This document shows positions 31,626 through 40,570 of a stretch of 64,000 nucleotides of DNA, in pieces (position 1 is the first letter of the stretch; each line of letters starts with the position of its first letter). The DNA comes from Candidatus Hydrothermales bacterium. GTDB taxonomy: Bacteria > Hydrothermota > Hydrothermia > Hydrothermales > JAJRUZ01. The stretch spans positions 1 through 64,000 of the forward strand of contig JBCNUW010000010.1 in NCBI GenBank assembly GCA_039630575.1, read 5' to 3'. The notes below the pieces were generated by a model. That model was not told where the DNA came from. It made no database searches and was given only the letters and a program-made list of their open reading frames with translations. The position numbers and the translations under genes are program-made.

Positions 31626-32914
31626 AAAGAATCTATAAAGCTGAACTGGAAAATAAAATTAAAATTCTATATGTTAAAAATAAAGAACTTCCAATAATCT
31701 CCTTTGCTATTGGATTTGATACAGGGAGTTATTTAGATCCAAAGGGTAAAGAGGGTCTTTTTTACCTAACCTCAAATCTTATTGATAAAGGCAATAGCCT
31801 TCATTCATCATATAAAATAAGGGATTTTTTCGATGGTATTGGTGCTAAGTTTAATATAGTTACTTCAAAAAATTTACTTATAGTTAAATTACTTTGCAGA
31901 GTGGAGTATTTTAGCAAAATAGCCGATTTTTTAGAGCATATTCTTTACTATCCCTCCTTTGATGAAAGGGAAATTGAAAAGGAAAAAAGGACTGTTATTT
32001 CAGAAATTTTACAGGAAGAGGAAGAACCTGACTATCTTGTTTCAAAGAAATTTTATGAAGTTTTATACAAAGATACCCCTTTATCTCATCCAATTGATGG
32101 GTATATACATACTATAAAGGAAATAGAGAAAAAGGATATAGAGAATTTTTATAAAGAAAAAATTTTGGGAAGAAAAATATTTATTGCAGGTTCTGGTTAT
32201 TTAGATTTTGATGAGTTTTTAAATAAATTTGAAAAACTTTTTAGAAATTACAAAATTCTCTCAAATTTTTATCCAGAATTTAGAAAGGAAAGAACTGATA
32301 GAAGGATTTTGGTGATAAAAAAGAAAGTAAATCAGGTTTTTGTGAGAGTTGGTCATTTCTCATTAAAAAGGAAAGATAAAAATTTTCATTATTTAATACT
32401 TTCAAATTATATTCTTGGGGGAGGTGCTTTTGCCTCTAGATTATTTAAGAAAATAAGAAATGAACTTGGTTTTGTTTACTCCATTTATTCAAAGTTCAAT
32501 ACCATTGAGCCTTTTGTTGGTTCATACTCCTATTTATTTCAAACTAGTGAAGAGAATTTTGAAAAGGCTTTTAAAAAAATAATTCATGAAATTAAAAAAT
32601 TTAAAGTAAAAGGAGCAACAATGAAGGAATTGAAAGATGCAAAGGGTTTTTATAAAGGTTCTATTCTAAGAGAATTTGAAACCTATTCACAAATTACAAA
32701 CCTTTTAATTTCTTCCTTACAGTATGGGCTTAGGTACTCTTATGTTTTTGAAACATTAAAAAAAATTTTAAGTACAAAAATCGAAGATTTAAATACTTTT
32801 ATAAAAAATTTTTATGATTATGAAAATTTAAGTGGCGTCATTTTAGTTCCAGATAGGTATGATTTTAGCTTTTTAAAAGAAATTTTACCACAGCATAGTT
32901 TTGAGGTATTGTAA
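31619..32914 (+). CDS. M16 family peptidase, non-catalytic partner subunit
   Basis: No HxxEH; ILGGGAFASRLFKKIRNELGFVYSI (R/Y motif). Confidence 0.85.
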   Translation: MLKRIYKAELENKIKILYVKNKELPIISFAIGFDTGSYLDPKGKEGLFYLTSNLIDKGNSLHSSYKIRDFFDGIGAKFNIVTSKNLLIVKLLCRVEYFSKIADFLEHILYYPSFDEREIEKEKRTVISEILQEEEEPDYLVSKKFYEVLYKDTPLSHPIDGYIHTIKEIEKKDIENFYKEKILGRKIFIAGSGYLDFDEFLNKFEKLFRNYKILSNFYPEFRKERTDRRILVIKKKVNQVFVRVGHFSLKRKDKNFHYLILSNYILGGGAFASRLFKKIRNELGFVYSIYSKFNTIEPFVGSYSYLFQTSEENFEKAFKKIIHEIKKFKVKGATMKELKDAKGFYKGSILREFETYSQITNLLISSLQYGLRYSYVFETLKKILSTKIEDLNTFIKNFYDYENLSGVILVPDRYDFSFLKEILPQHSFEVL

Positions 32915-32936
32915 CAAATTTTAAATTAATATCGTT
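32910..32936 (+). promoter_or_regulatory. Putative ECF-sigma promoter
   Basis: TGTAAC (32910-32915), 17 nt, CGTT (32933-32936); matches the general ECF AAC/CGT pattern, just upstream of the anti-sigma gene. Confidence 0.55.
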
Positions 32937-32946
32937 TATATATTAT

Positions 32947-33426
32947 ATGAAATGTAAATATATAAAAAACCTTATTCTGAAGGAAAAACTTGAAGAAAAA
33001 GATCTTTTACATTTAAGAAGTTGTGAAAGTTGTTACTCCTATTATGAAATTTTAGATTTTCTTTCATTTAACTTTAAAAATATTAAAAAATTAGAACCAC
33101 CTGAAAAAGTCTTTGATATAATTAAAAGAAAGATCAAAACTGAAAAAATTTTTACAATATTTTTAAGTTTCTATATTGTATTTTTTTCTTTGATATCTTC
33201 TTTTTTATTTTTAGTTTACAAAGGCATTTACTTTGAAAGCTTTCTTAGTAGTATTATTATAATTTTTATTAAACTTTTGTTTTTTAACCCTGTAATCTCA
33301 AAAGTTTTGAAATTTGTAACTATTTTCTTATTCTTAAATCTACACATTTTTTTGATAGCACTTTCTATTTTTATATTTATTTTCTTTAAAAGGGTTTTAA
33401 CCCCTTTAAAAGTTACGGAGGTTTAA
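32947..33426 (+). CDS. Zinc-binding (ZAS, HxxxCxxC) membrane anti-sigma factor
   Basis: MKC...HLRSCESC followed by 2-3 TM helices. Confidence 0.75.
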   Translation: MKCKYIKNLILKEKLEEKDLLHLRSCESCYSYYEILDFLSFNFKNIKKLEPPEKVFDIIKRKIKTEKIFTIFLSFYIVFFSLISSFLFLVYKGIYFESFLSSIIIIFIKLLFFNPVISKVLKFVTIFLFLNLHIFLIALSIFIFIFFKRVLTPLKVTEV

Positions 33427-33427
33427 A

Positions 33428-34483
33428 ATGTTTTTATTTTATATGTTTTTAATCATTAATGTTAGTACAGAATATAAAGAATACAAAAACAAAGTTATTG
33501 TTGACAAAAAAGATACTTTGATTGGGGACGTTTCAGTGATTGGTAAAGATGTGGAGGTTTTAGGAGGGATTAAAGGGGATCTTGTAGTTATAAGTGGAGA
33601 TCTTAAATTAGAAGGTTTTGTTAAGGGTGATGTGGCAGTTATAGGAGGAAATTGTAAAGTTTATAAAGGGAGTTTGGTTCTTGGGGATATTGTTGGAATT
33701 GGTGATAAGATTCATATAGAGAAAAATGCTAAAGTTGAAGGTGAGAGGGTAACACTTAGCCCAGGATTTTTACTTTCTCTTTTTAAAATTTTGAAATTTT
33801 TTGGAAAAGGAGTTTTTATTACAAAAGGAGAACCTAAGAAAGAGGAGGTTTATTTGGATACTTTAGAATATAAAGAAGAAAGTGATACCTTAGAAAAAGT
33901 GATAGAAGAAAAAGAAGAATTCATAGAAGTTGAAAAAGAGGAAACACCGAAGAAAAATTTCCTTAAGGTTTTCTTAATCATGTTTTTTGTTGTTTTTTAT
34001 TCTTTTTTAGTTTCTTTAGTAAGGTTTGTCTTTCCTGGATCTGTTGAAAATATGAGAAGGGAACTCGAGTTAAAACCATTTATTTCCTTAGCTGTTGGTT
34101 TTTTAGTACAACTTCTTTACCCTTCCTTTTTAGTTATCTTAGCTGTATCTATTCTCGGTATACCCCTTGCTCTTGCACTCATTTTCTCAACTCCTTTCTT
34201 TTTAATTTATGGTTCTTCACCTTTATTTATAGTTTTTGGTAAATTTATTCTTGATAAGTTTAAATACTCAAAAATTAGTGACTTTAAGTGTATATTGGCA
34301 ACTTCTCTATATCTTTTTTTAGTCTCATTGATTACAAGTTTATTTCTATATTTTGATTATGAAGGTTTCTTTTATAAACTTATAAAATTCTTTTTCTTTT
34401 CTTTTTCTTTTTTGAATTTTTATGTAGTTTTTACTTTTGCTACTGGTATTATTTTCACTGCCAAACTTGGTATAAAAAGATAA
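33428..34483 (+). CDS. Polymer-forming (bactofilin-like beta-helix) membrane protein
   Basis: GDVSVIG/GDLVVISG/GDVAVIGG/GDIVGIG repeats, acidic linker, multi-TM C-terminus (SILGIPL). Confidence 0.75.
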   Translation: MFLFYMFLIINVSTEYKEYKNKVIVDKKDTLIGDVSVIGKDVEVLGGIKGDLVVISGDLKLEGFVKGDVAVIGGNCKVYKGSLVLGDIVGIGDKIHIEKNAKVEGERVTLSPGFLLSLFKILKFFGKGVFITKGEPKKEEVYLDTLEYKEESDTLEKVIEEKEEFIEVEKEETPKKNFLKVFLIMFFVVFYSFLVSLVRFVFPGSVENMRRELELKPFISLAVGFLVQLLYPSFLVILAVSILGIPLALALIFSTPFFLIYGSSPLFIVFGKFILDKFKYSKISDFKCILATSLYLFLVSLITSLFLYFDYEGFFYKLIKFFFFSFSFLNFYVVFTFATGIIFTAKLGIKR

Positions 34484-34487
34484 CACT

Positions 34488-34988
34488 TTGAATAAGGAGA
34501 AAGAGTTTGAAGAAATTTACAAAAAATACAGCAAAGGTGTTTATAACTATTTGATTTTCCTTACTTTTTCCAAGGATGAGGCAGAAGATATTTTACAAGA
34601 TGTTTTTTTAAAACTTTGGAAAATTTTTGATAGATTAAAAAATACTCAAAATTTAAGAACTTATTTATTTAAAATAGCAAGGAGTAGGTTTATAGATTTA
34701 AAAAGAAAAGAAATGGGAAAAAAGTTTATAGAATTAAATGAGGAACTTCTAATTTTTAATGATAACTGTTTCGATTTACAAATAAAAAAGAAAGAATTTA
34801 TAAGAAAAATTCTTCAGAGTCTTGATGAAGAAGAGAGAGAAATAATAATTCTAAGGTTTTATGAGAACTTGAAATTTAGGGAGATTTCTGAAATTTTATC
34901 GATAAATGAAAATACCTTGAGGGTAAAATACTTAAGGATTCTTGAAAAACTTAAAAGGATCATTTATAATAAAAACTATGAGAGATAA
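34488..34988 (+). CDS. ECF RNA polymerase sigma factor
   Basis: AEDILQDVFLKLW, YLFKIARSRFID, REIIILRFYENLKFREISEIL...NTLRV. Confidence 0.9.
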   Translation: MNKEKEFEEIYKKYSKGVYNYLIFLTFSKDEAEDILQDVFLKLWKIFDRLKNTQNLRTYLFKIARSRFIDLKRKEMGKKFIELNEELLIFNDNCFDLQIKKKEFIRKILQSLDEEEREIIILRFYENLKFREISEILSINENTLRVKYLRILEKLKRIIYNKNYER

Positions 34989-35388
34989 AAATATAAAAAT
35001 TGCGATTATAAGTATACTTTTTATCCTCGGAATTACATATTTAATTTTGAGTGGATTGAAAAAGACATGGGTTTATTACTATACAATTGATGAGTTTTTT
35101 CTAAAAAAACCTCAGATTGATGGAAAGGTAATTAGACTTCAAGGAAAGGTTATAGAAGGAACAATAAAAAAAGTGGGAAATCAGGTTGAGTTTGGAATAG
35201 GGACAAAGGAGAAAGGAATTAAAGTTATTTATAAAGGAACAGTTCCTGATATGCTATTTCAGCCTGAAGCACAAGTTGTTGTAGAGGGAGTTTATCTTAA
35301 AGATGAGAATTTATTTAAGGCTCATTTCCTTTTAACTCAATGTCCTTCTAAGTATCAAGCTGAGAAAATGAACAAACAAGATAAATAG
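34978..35388 (+). CDS. ccmE: Cytochrome c maturation heme chaperone CcmE, CxxxY variant
   Basis: N-terminal TM, YYYT, IRLQGKV, YKGTVPDML, VVVEG, LLTQCPSKY. Confidence 0.85.
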   Translation: MRDKNIKIAIISILFILGITYLILSGLKKTWVYYYTIDEFFLKKPQIDGKVIRLQGKVIEGTIKKVGNQVEFGIGTKEKGIKVIYKGTVPDMLFQPEAQVVVEGVYLKDENLFKAHFLLTQCPSKYQAEKMNKQDK

Positions 35389-35421
35389 GATAATTGAAAT
35401 TTAGTGGAATATTAAAATATT

Positions 35422-37122
35422 ATGCGTTTTTATAAATTTATTTTTTTAATATTCTTTTTATCCACATTTATCTTAATTTTATCCTTTTTTTTGAAGTTCA
35501 GAGAAGAATCAGAGATTAAAAAGGAAGCAGGAGAGTTGATTGATTTATTTGATCCATCTTTTGAATCAATTCTGAATGCTTCCTATTACATTGATGATCT
35601 TTATTTTAAAAATCTTGAGGGAATATCTAAACTTATAGGGCCTAACCTCAGAAACGATTCGCTTATGAAAATTGCTTTTTTAGCTGGTTTTTATGAAATA
35701 ACGGTTTTGAATAAAAATTTGAAAGTGATTAGATCGACAACTAGAAAAATTGGTGAATTTTTAGAAAGTGAGATTATAAGAAAGGCAAAGGATGAAATGA
35801 TAAATAACGATTCATTATTTTATTTAACAGAGGAAGAAAATTATTATATTTTGATGATAAAAGATATAAAAGATCTAAAAGAAAAAAAGAGAGAGTCTGG
35901 ATTAAAAAAGGTATTAGAGAAATTAAGTCAGGAGAAAAAAATTGAGTATGTTGCTCTTGAATCAGAGGGTGGAACGGTATTTTCCTCAAAAAAAATTGAA
36001 CCAATAGAGGACAAAAAAATTTTTTCCGATATAATTAATCAAAACAAAATAGTTGTTAAAAAGATAAAAATTAATGAAGAAGAAGTGATAGAGGTTTTAA
36101 AACCATTTTTTTTTAAGAATAATCCAGTTGGGATACTGCGATTAGGTATCTCTATGGATAGTCTAAAAAAGAGGTTTTTTTTAATAAATTGGATTTTAAT
36201 ACTAAATATTTTTATTTTTCTAATTTCATTTTTTTTGACACTTTATTACTTTTACGGAGGTAGAAGGTATATCCTGGGTGATATTTTTGGTGATTTTTCT
36301 ATATATAAAATTCACAACTCTCAAACAAAAAGGATTTATGGAAAAAATCTTTCAATTTTAGGTTTTAACTTTAAGGACAAAGAGCAGTTTTTATACCGAT
36401 TTGACAATGATTATTATCTTGCAAATAGGAGTGGAAATTTAATAGTTTTTTTAAAGATAAACGAGTTTATGAAAATATTTATTGAAAAGGAAAAGAAAAA
36501 GGAAGAAGAAAGTATTTTAAGAATTCTATCTTCTTTTGCCCATGAGTTAAAAAATCCCTTGAATTCTCTGAAACTAATAGTCTATAGGCTAAAAGGAAAA
36601 CTTAAGGATGAGTATCCTGAACTTGAAACTGCCTTGAATTCTTTAACGGATTCAATAGAAGAATTTATGAACTTACTAAGACCCTTTTATTTAAGCAGGG
36701 AAAGAATAAAAATAAAGGAATTTTTAGAAAGAATAATTAAAAAGATGGAATTAGAGTTAAAGGATAATAAAATTGAAGTTATTTTAAAAGGCTCAGATAA
36801 AGAGTTATTTTTGGATCCAGTTCAAATGGAAAAAGTTTTTGTGAACTTAATTAAAAATGCAATGGAAGCTCAACCAGATGGTGGTAAAATAGATATAGAA
36901 ATTTATGAGGAGAAGGGCTCCCTTTTTATAAAAATAAGGGATTATGGTATGGGAATAAAAAAAGAATATTTAGAAAAGATTTTTGAACCTTACTTTACAA
37001 CTAAAAAGAAAGGAACAGGTCTTGGTCTTTTTGTTGTGAAAAGAATAGTTGAAAGCCATGGTTTTGAGATTTTTGTAAATTCAGAAGAAGGTAAGGGATC
37101 GGAGTTTGTTATTAAAACTTGA
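35422..37122 (+). CDS. Membrane sensor histidine kinase
   Basis: Two TM, FAHELKNPL (H box), NLIKNAMEA, DYGMGI, FEPYFTTKKKGTGLGL. Confidence 0.9.
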   Translation: MRFYKFIFLIFFLSTFILILSFFLKFREESEIKKEAGELIDLFDPSFESILNASYYIDDLYFKNLEGISKLIGPNLRNDSLMKIAFLAGFYEITVLNKNLKVIRSTTRKIGEFLESEIIRKAKDEMINNDSLFYLTEEENYYILMIKDIKDLKEKKRESGLKKVLEKLSQEKKIEYVALESEGGTVFSSKKIEPIEDKKIFSDIINQNKIVVKKIKINEEEVIEVLKPFFFKNNPVGILRLGISMDSLKKRFFLINWILILNIFIFLISFFLTLYYFYGGRRYILGDIFGDFSIYKIHNSQTKRIYGKNLSILGFNFKDKEQFLYRFDNDYYLANRSGNLIVFLKINEFMKIFIEKEKKKEEESILRILSSFAHELKNPLNSLKLIVYRLKGKLKDEYPELETALNSLTDSIEEFMNLLRPFYLSRERIKIKEFLERIIKKMELELKDNKIEVILKGSDKELFLDPVQMEKVFVNLIKNAMEAQPDGGKIDIEIYEEKGSLFIKIRDYGMGIKKEYLEKIFEPYFTTKKKGTGLGLFVVKRIVESHGFEIFVNSEEGKGSEFVIKT

Positions 37123-37147
37123 AATTTTTTTTAATTTTTATTATAAT
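37119..37147 (+). promoter_or_regulatory. sigma70 promoter of rplU-rpmA
   Basis: TTGAAA, 17 nt, TATAAT (37142-37147). Confidence 0.6.
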
Positions 37148-37170
37148 TTTCATTTAAAAAAGGAGCAAGT

Positions 37171-37491
37171 ATGTGGGCTGTAATTGAATTTAAAAATTCC
37201 CAATATTATGTAACAGAAGGAAAAAAAATTGATTTGCCACTTTTAAGTGGTGTAAAGGAAGGTGAAGAAGTTCTAATTGATAAGGTTTTATTACTTAAGG
37301 AAAATGGAAATCTTAAAATTGGTTTTCCCTATTTAGATAATGTAAGGGTTAGGGCTAGGGTAGTAAATCCAATAAAAAAATTAAAGAAAATAATAGTTTT
37401 TAAAATGAAACCTAAAAAAAACTACAGAAGAAAAAAAGGACACCGGCAAAAGGTTACTGAAGTTTTTATAGAAAAAATAGAAATTATATAG
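37171..37491 (+). CDS. rplU: 50S ribosomal protein L21
   Basis: MWAVIE..QYYV, IGFPYL, KKNYRRKKGHRQKVT. Confidence 0.95.
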   Translation: MWAVIEFKNSQYYVTEGKKIDLPLLSGVKEGEEVLIDKVLLLKENGNLKIGFPYLDNVRVRARVVNPIKKLKKIIVFKMKPKKNYRRKKGHRQKVTEVFIEKIEII

Positions 37492-37506
37492 AAGGGGGGA
37501 TTAAAT

Positions 37507-37773
37507 ATGGCACATAAAAAAGGAATGGGATCCTCTAAAAATGGAAGGGACTCTAATGCTAAGTACCTTGGAATAAAAAGATGGGAAAATATGTATGTTA
37601 AATGTGGTGAGGTTCTTGTTAGACAGAGAGGAACAAAATTTTGGCCTGGTTGGAATGTAAAAAGAGGTGGTGATGATACACTTTACGCCATAAAAGATGG
37701 TTATGTTAAATTTGAAAGAAGAAAAAATAGAGTTTATGTTTCTGTTTACGAAAAGAGTGAACTTTCTCATTGA
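37507..37773 (+). CDS. rpmA: 50S ribosomal protein L27
   Basis: [31 protein letters not shown]. Confidence 0.97.
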   Translation: MAHKKGMGSSKNGRDSNAKYLGIKRWENMYVKCGEVLVRQRGTKFWPGWNVKRGGDDTLYAIKDGYVKFERRKNRVYVSVYEKSELSH

Positions 37774-38321
37774 GAATAACCAAAGTTTTTACTGGAAAAG
37801 GAGACGAGGGTTTTTCTTCATACTGGAAAGGTAAACTAAAAAGAAAAGACGATAGGATTTTTCATGCACTTGGTGATCTTGACGAGTTAAATACTATTTT
37901 AGGCTTCTGTTATTTTTATTGTAAGGATAGTGATTTAAGAGAGGAAGTTGAAAAAATACAAAAATTAATTTTTATTGCTACTGCTCAACTCATAGTACCG
38001 AGGGAAGAAGGGGGGCCAGTTCTTGATGAGAAAATTTTTGATGAATTTGAAAAAAAAATTGCAAAGTTAAGTAAAAGTTTAGGACCACTTAAGGAATTTA
38101 TACTTCCCTCTGGAACTGTATCTTCTCTTTTTTTTCAACTTGCCAGGTCTGTTTCAAGGAGAGCAGAAAGGAGTGTAGCTTCCCTTTTAGATGAGTATGA
38201 GTCTTCAAAAGCTGTTCTTAAGTTTTTAAATAGACTTTCAGATTATCTATTTTTACTTGGTAGGGAGGTAAACAAAAGGGAGGGTGGGATTGAAAGAAGT
38301 TTACAAGCTTTTAAACCCTAA
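37770..38321 (+). CDS. PduO-type ATP:cob(I)alamin adenosyltransferase
   Basis: [41 protein letters not shown]. Confidence 0.9.
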   Translation: MRITKVFTGKGDEGFSSYWKGKLKRKDDRIFHALGDLDELNTILGFCYFYCKDSDLREEVEKIQKLIFIATAQLIVPREEGGPVLDEKIFDEFEKKIAKLSKSLGPLKEFILPSGTVSSLFFQLARSVSRRAERSVASLLDEYESSKAVLKFLNRLSDYLFLLGREVNKREGGIERSLQAFKP

Positions 38322-40377
38322 AAGTGTAGTACTTATTGGTGCTTCAAGGAAAGAGGGAAGTGTTGGATATGTTACTCTGAAAAATTTGATACTATCGGGT
38401 TATAAAGGTACTATCTATGTTGTAAATCCATCAGCTGAAAGTATTCTTGGAAATAGGTGTTATAAGAGAATAGCAGATTTAGAAGATATCCCTGATGTTG
38501 CATGTATACTTGTACCAGCTGTGCATGTTCCTATAGTTTTAAGAGAAAGTGCTATTAAAGGAATTAAGGTTTCAATTATAATAAGTGCTGGTTTTAAAGA
38601 ATCAGGACCTGAAGGAGAAAGGCTTGAGAGGGAAGTTGAAAGGATATCAAAAGAATACGGTATAAGAGTTTTAGGTCCTAATTGTATAGGTGTTATAAAT
38701 ACTGATTCAAATGTAAGATTTACTACGAATTTTGCAAGTGATATGCCAAGGGAGGGTGATATTTCACTTATATCTCAAAGTGGTGCAATCTGTGTTGCTA
38801 TTCTTGATTTTGCAAAGTCAAGGGGAGTAGGATTTTCAAAAGTTATCAGTATGGGTAACCGTGTTGATATAGATGAAGTTGAACTCCTTGAATATCTTGG
38901 TGAGGATGAAAAGACAAAGGTGATTTTAATGTATATAGAGGAGCTAAAACAGGGAAGGAAATTTATTGAAGTAGCACGGAATGTTTCGAAAAAAAAGCCA
39001 ATCTTAGCTTTAAAGGCAGGTATGAGCCCTGAAGGTGCAAGAGCTGTTTCCTCTCATACAGGTTCTCTTGCTGGTGAACCGGTTGTTTACAGAGCTGTTT
39101 TTAGACAGGCGGGAGTTATAGAGGTTCACTCACCCCTTGAACTTTTTGAATATGCTTCACTTTTTGCTTCACAACCCTATCCTAGGGGTAATAGAGTAGG
39201 TATAATTACAAATGCTGGGGGTCCTGGAATTGTTGCTACCGATGCTTTAATTGAAAGTGGTTTAAAAGTAAATGAACTTTCCGATTCTACAAAAAATAGT
39301 ATAAGACCTTTTGTTTCGCCACATGCCTCCTTAAAAAATCCTGTTGATCTTTTAGCCGAAGCCGACGCAGAAAAGTTTGAAGTTGCTATTAAAGCTCTCT
39401 ATCATGACAAAAATATTGATGCAATTTATTTTCTAATGGCACCACAAAGAATGATAGATATAGAGAAAGTGGCAAGAGTAATCTCAAAATACGCAAATAA
39501 GAAAAAAAAGACTTTTGTTACTGTTTTGATGGGTGTTGTTGATGTTGAAAAGGGAGCCGAAATTTTAAGAAAAGAAGGTGTGCCTTTCTATAGGTTCCCA
39601 GATGTTGCAGCAAAATCTCTTTCTGTTATGCTAAAATATTCTAATTTTATAAAAACAAGAAGAGAGACTTATAAAAATTTCAATTTTGATACTAAAGTTA
39701 AAAAATTTTTAAAGTCTGATTTAGAAACAGGTTTTATTGATCTTGATGAATGTTTTATGGTTCTTGAAAAATCAGGGTTTAAAGTAGTTCCATGGATGAA
39801 AGTAGAAAGTAAAGACGACCTTTTAAAGGGTATTGAAAAATTAGGTTTTCCATTAGTTCTTAAAATAGCATCTGGAGAGGTTGTTCATAAAATGGATGAG
39901 GGTGGAGTTATTCTTAATATTAAAAATGAGGATGAGCTTTTTAAAGCCTATGAAGATTTAAAAAGGCGATTTGAAGGTAAAATTAAAAAATTTGAAAAAG
40001 CTGTTTTACAGAAAATGGTTAAAGAAAATTGTAAGGAGATAATAATAGGTTTAAAAAAAGATGATAGGTTTGGTTATCTTTTACTTTTTGGTTTAGGTGG
40101 TATTTTTGTAGAAATTTTTAAGGATGTTACTTTTAGATTAGCTCCTGTTTCAGTTGAAGAAACTGAAGAGATGTTGGAGGAGATAAAGTTTTATCCTCTT
40201 CTTAAGGGTTTTAGAGGTGAAAAAGAGTCAGATTTGGGGAAGATAAAGGAATTTATATTGAGACTATCTTCTTTTGCAGAATTTGTTGGTGAGATCAAAG
40301 AGATGGATTTAAATCCGATTTTTGTTTTTGAAAAGGGTAAGGGTGCACTTGTTGCTGATGCGAGGATAAGGGTATAA
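38284..40377 (+). CDS. Acetate--CoA ligase (ADP-forming), fused alpha-beta
   Basis: VLIGAS, ISAGFKE, LGPNCIG, SQSGA, SHTGSLAG, NAGGPG, NPVDL; C-terminal ATP-grasp (HKMDEGGV, GLGGIFVE, DLNP). Confidence 0.9.
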   Translation: MGLKEVYKLLNPKSVVLIGASRKEGSVGYVTLKNLILSGYKGTIYVVNPSAESILGNRCYKRIADLEDIPDVACILVPAVHVPIVLRESAIKGIKVSIIISAGFKESGPEGERLEREVERISKEYGIRVLGPNCIGVINTDSNVRFTTNFASDMPREGDISLISQSGAICVAILDFAKSRGVGFSKVISMGNRVDIDEVELLEYLGEDEKTKVILMYIEELKQGRKFIEVARNVSKKKPILALKAGMSPEGARAVSSHTGSLAGEPVVYRAVFRQAGVIEVHSPLELFEYASLFASQPYPRGNRVGIITNAGGPGIVATDALIESGLKVNELSDSTKNSIRPFVSPHASLKNPVDLLAEADAEKFEVAIKALYHDKNIDAIYFLMAPQRMIDIEKVARVISKYANKKKKTFVTVLMGVVDVEKGAEILRKEGVPFYRFPDVAAKSLSVMLKYSNFIKTRRETYKNFNFDTKVKKFLKSDLETGFIDLDECFMVLEKSGFKVVPWMKVESKDDLLKGIEKLGFPLVLKIASGEVVHKMDEGGVILNIKNEDELFKAYEDLKRRFEGKIKKFEKAVLQKMVKENCKEIIIGLKKDDRFGYLLLFGLGGIFVEIFKDVTFRLAPVSVEETEEMLEEIKFYPLLKGFRGEKESDLGKIKEFILRLSSFAEFVGEIKEMDLNPIFVFEKGKGALVADARIRV

Positions 40378-40391
40378 TATAGAAAATATTT

Positions 40392-40467
40392 GGTGGGCGT
40401 AGCTCAAGTAGGTTAGAGCACTGGACTGTGGCTCCAGAGGTTGGGGGTTCAAGTCCCCTCGCCCACC
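40392..40467 (+). tRNA. tRNA-His(GTG), G-1 encoded, CCA not encoded
   Basis: Acceptor GTGGGCG/CGCCCAC, anticodon arm CTGGA-CTGTGGC-TCCAG, T arm GGGGG-TTCAAGT-CCCCT. Confidence 0.95.
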
Positions 40468-40479
40468 CTCTAAGTTTTT

Positions 40480-40554
40480 GCCCCCGTAGCTCAATGGAAG
40501 AAGAGCGCCTGGCTTCGGACCAGGAGGTTGCGGGTTCAAATCCCGCTGGGGGCT
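40480..40554 (+). tRNA. tRNA-Arg(TCG), CCA not encoded
   Basis: Acceptor GCCCCCG/TGGGGGC, anticodon arm CCTGG-CTTCGGA-CCAGG, T arm GCGGG-TTCAAAT-CCCGC. Confidence 0.9.
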
Positions 40555-40570
40555 TTTAAAAAATTTTAAA

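Noticed and set aside
10322..37509. General amber (UAG) recoding: yggS-divIVA, BCAM0308-DUF502 and rplU-rpmA are each in frame across a TAG
   Set aside because: Other TAG-ending genes (ccmE, speE, pdaD, uppS) are not fused in frame, conserved genes have no internal TAG, and no pyl genes or suppressor tRNA are present; compatible with chance
40305..40316. Palindrome GGATTTAAATCC resembling the T-arm motif
   Set aside because: Lies inside the coding sequence for the conserved MDLNP motif of the acyl-CoA ligase and lacks the TTC loop
40309..40539. 76-aa minus-strand ORF
   Set aside because: Antisense shadow of the two tRNA genes
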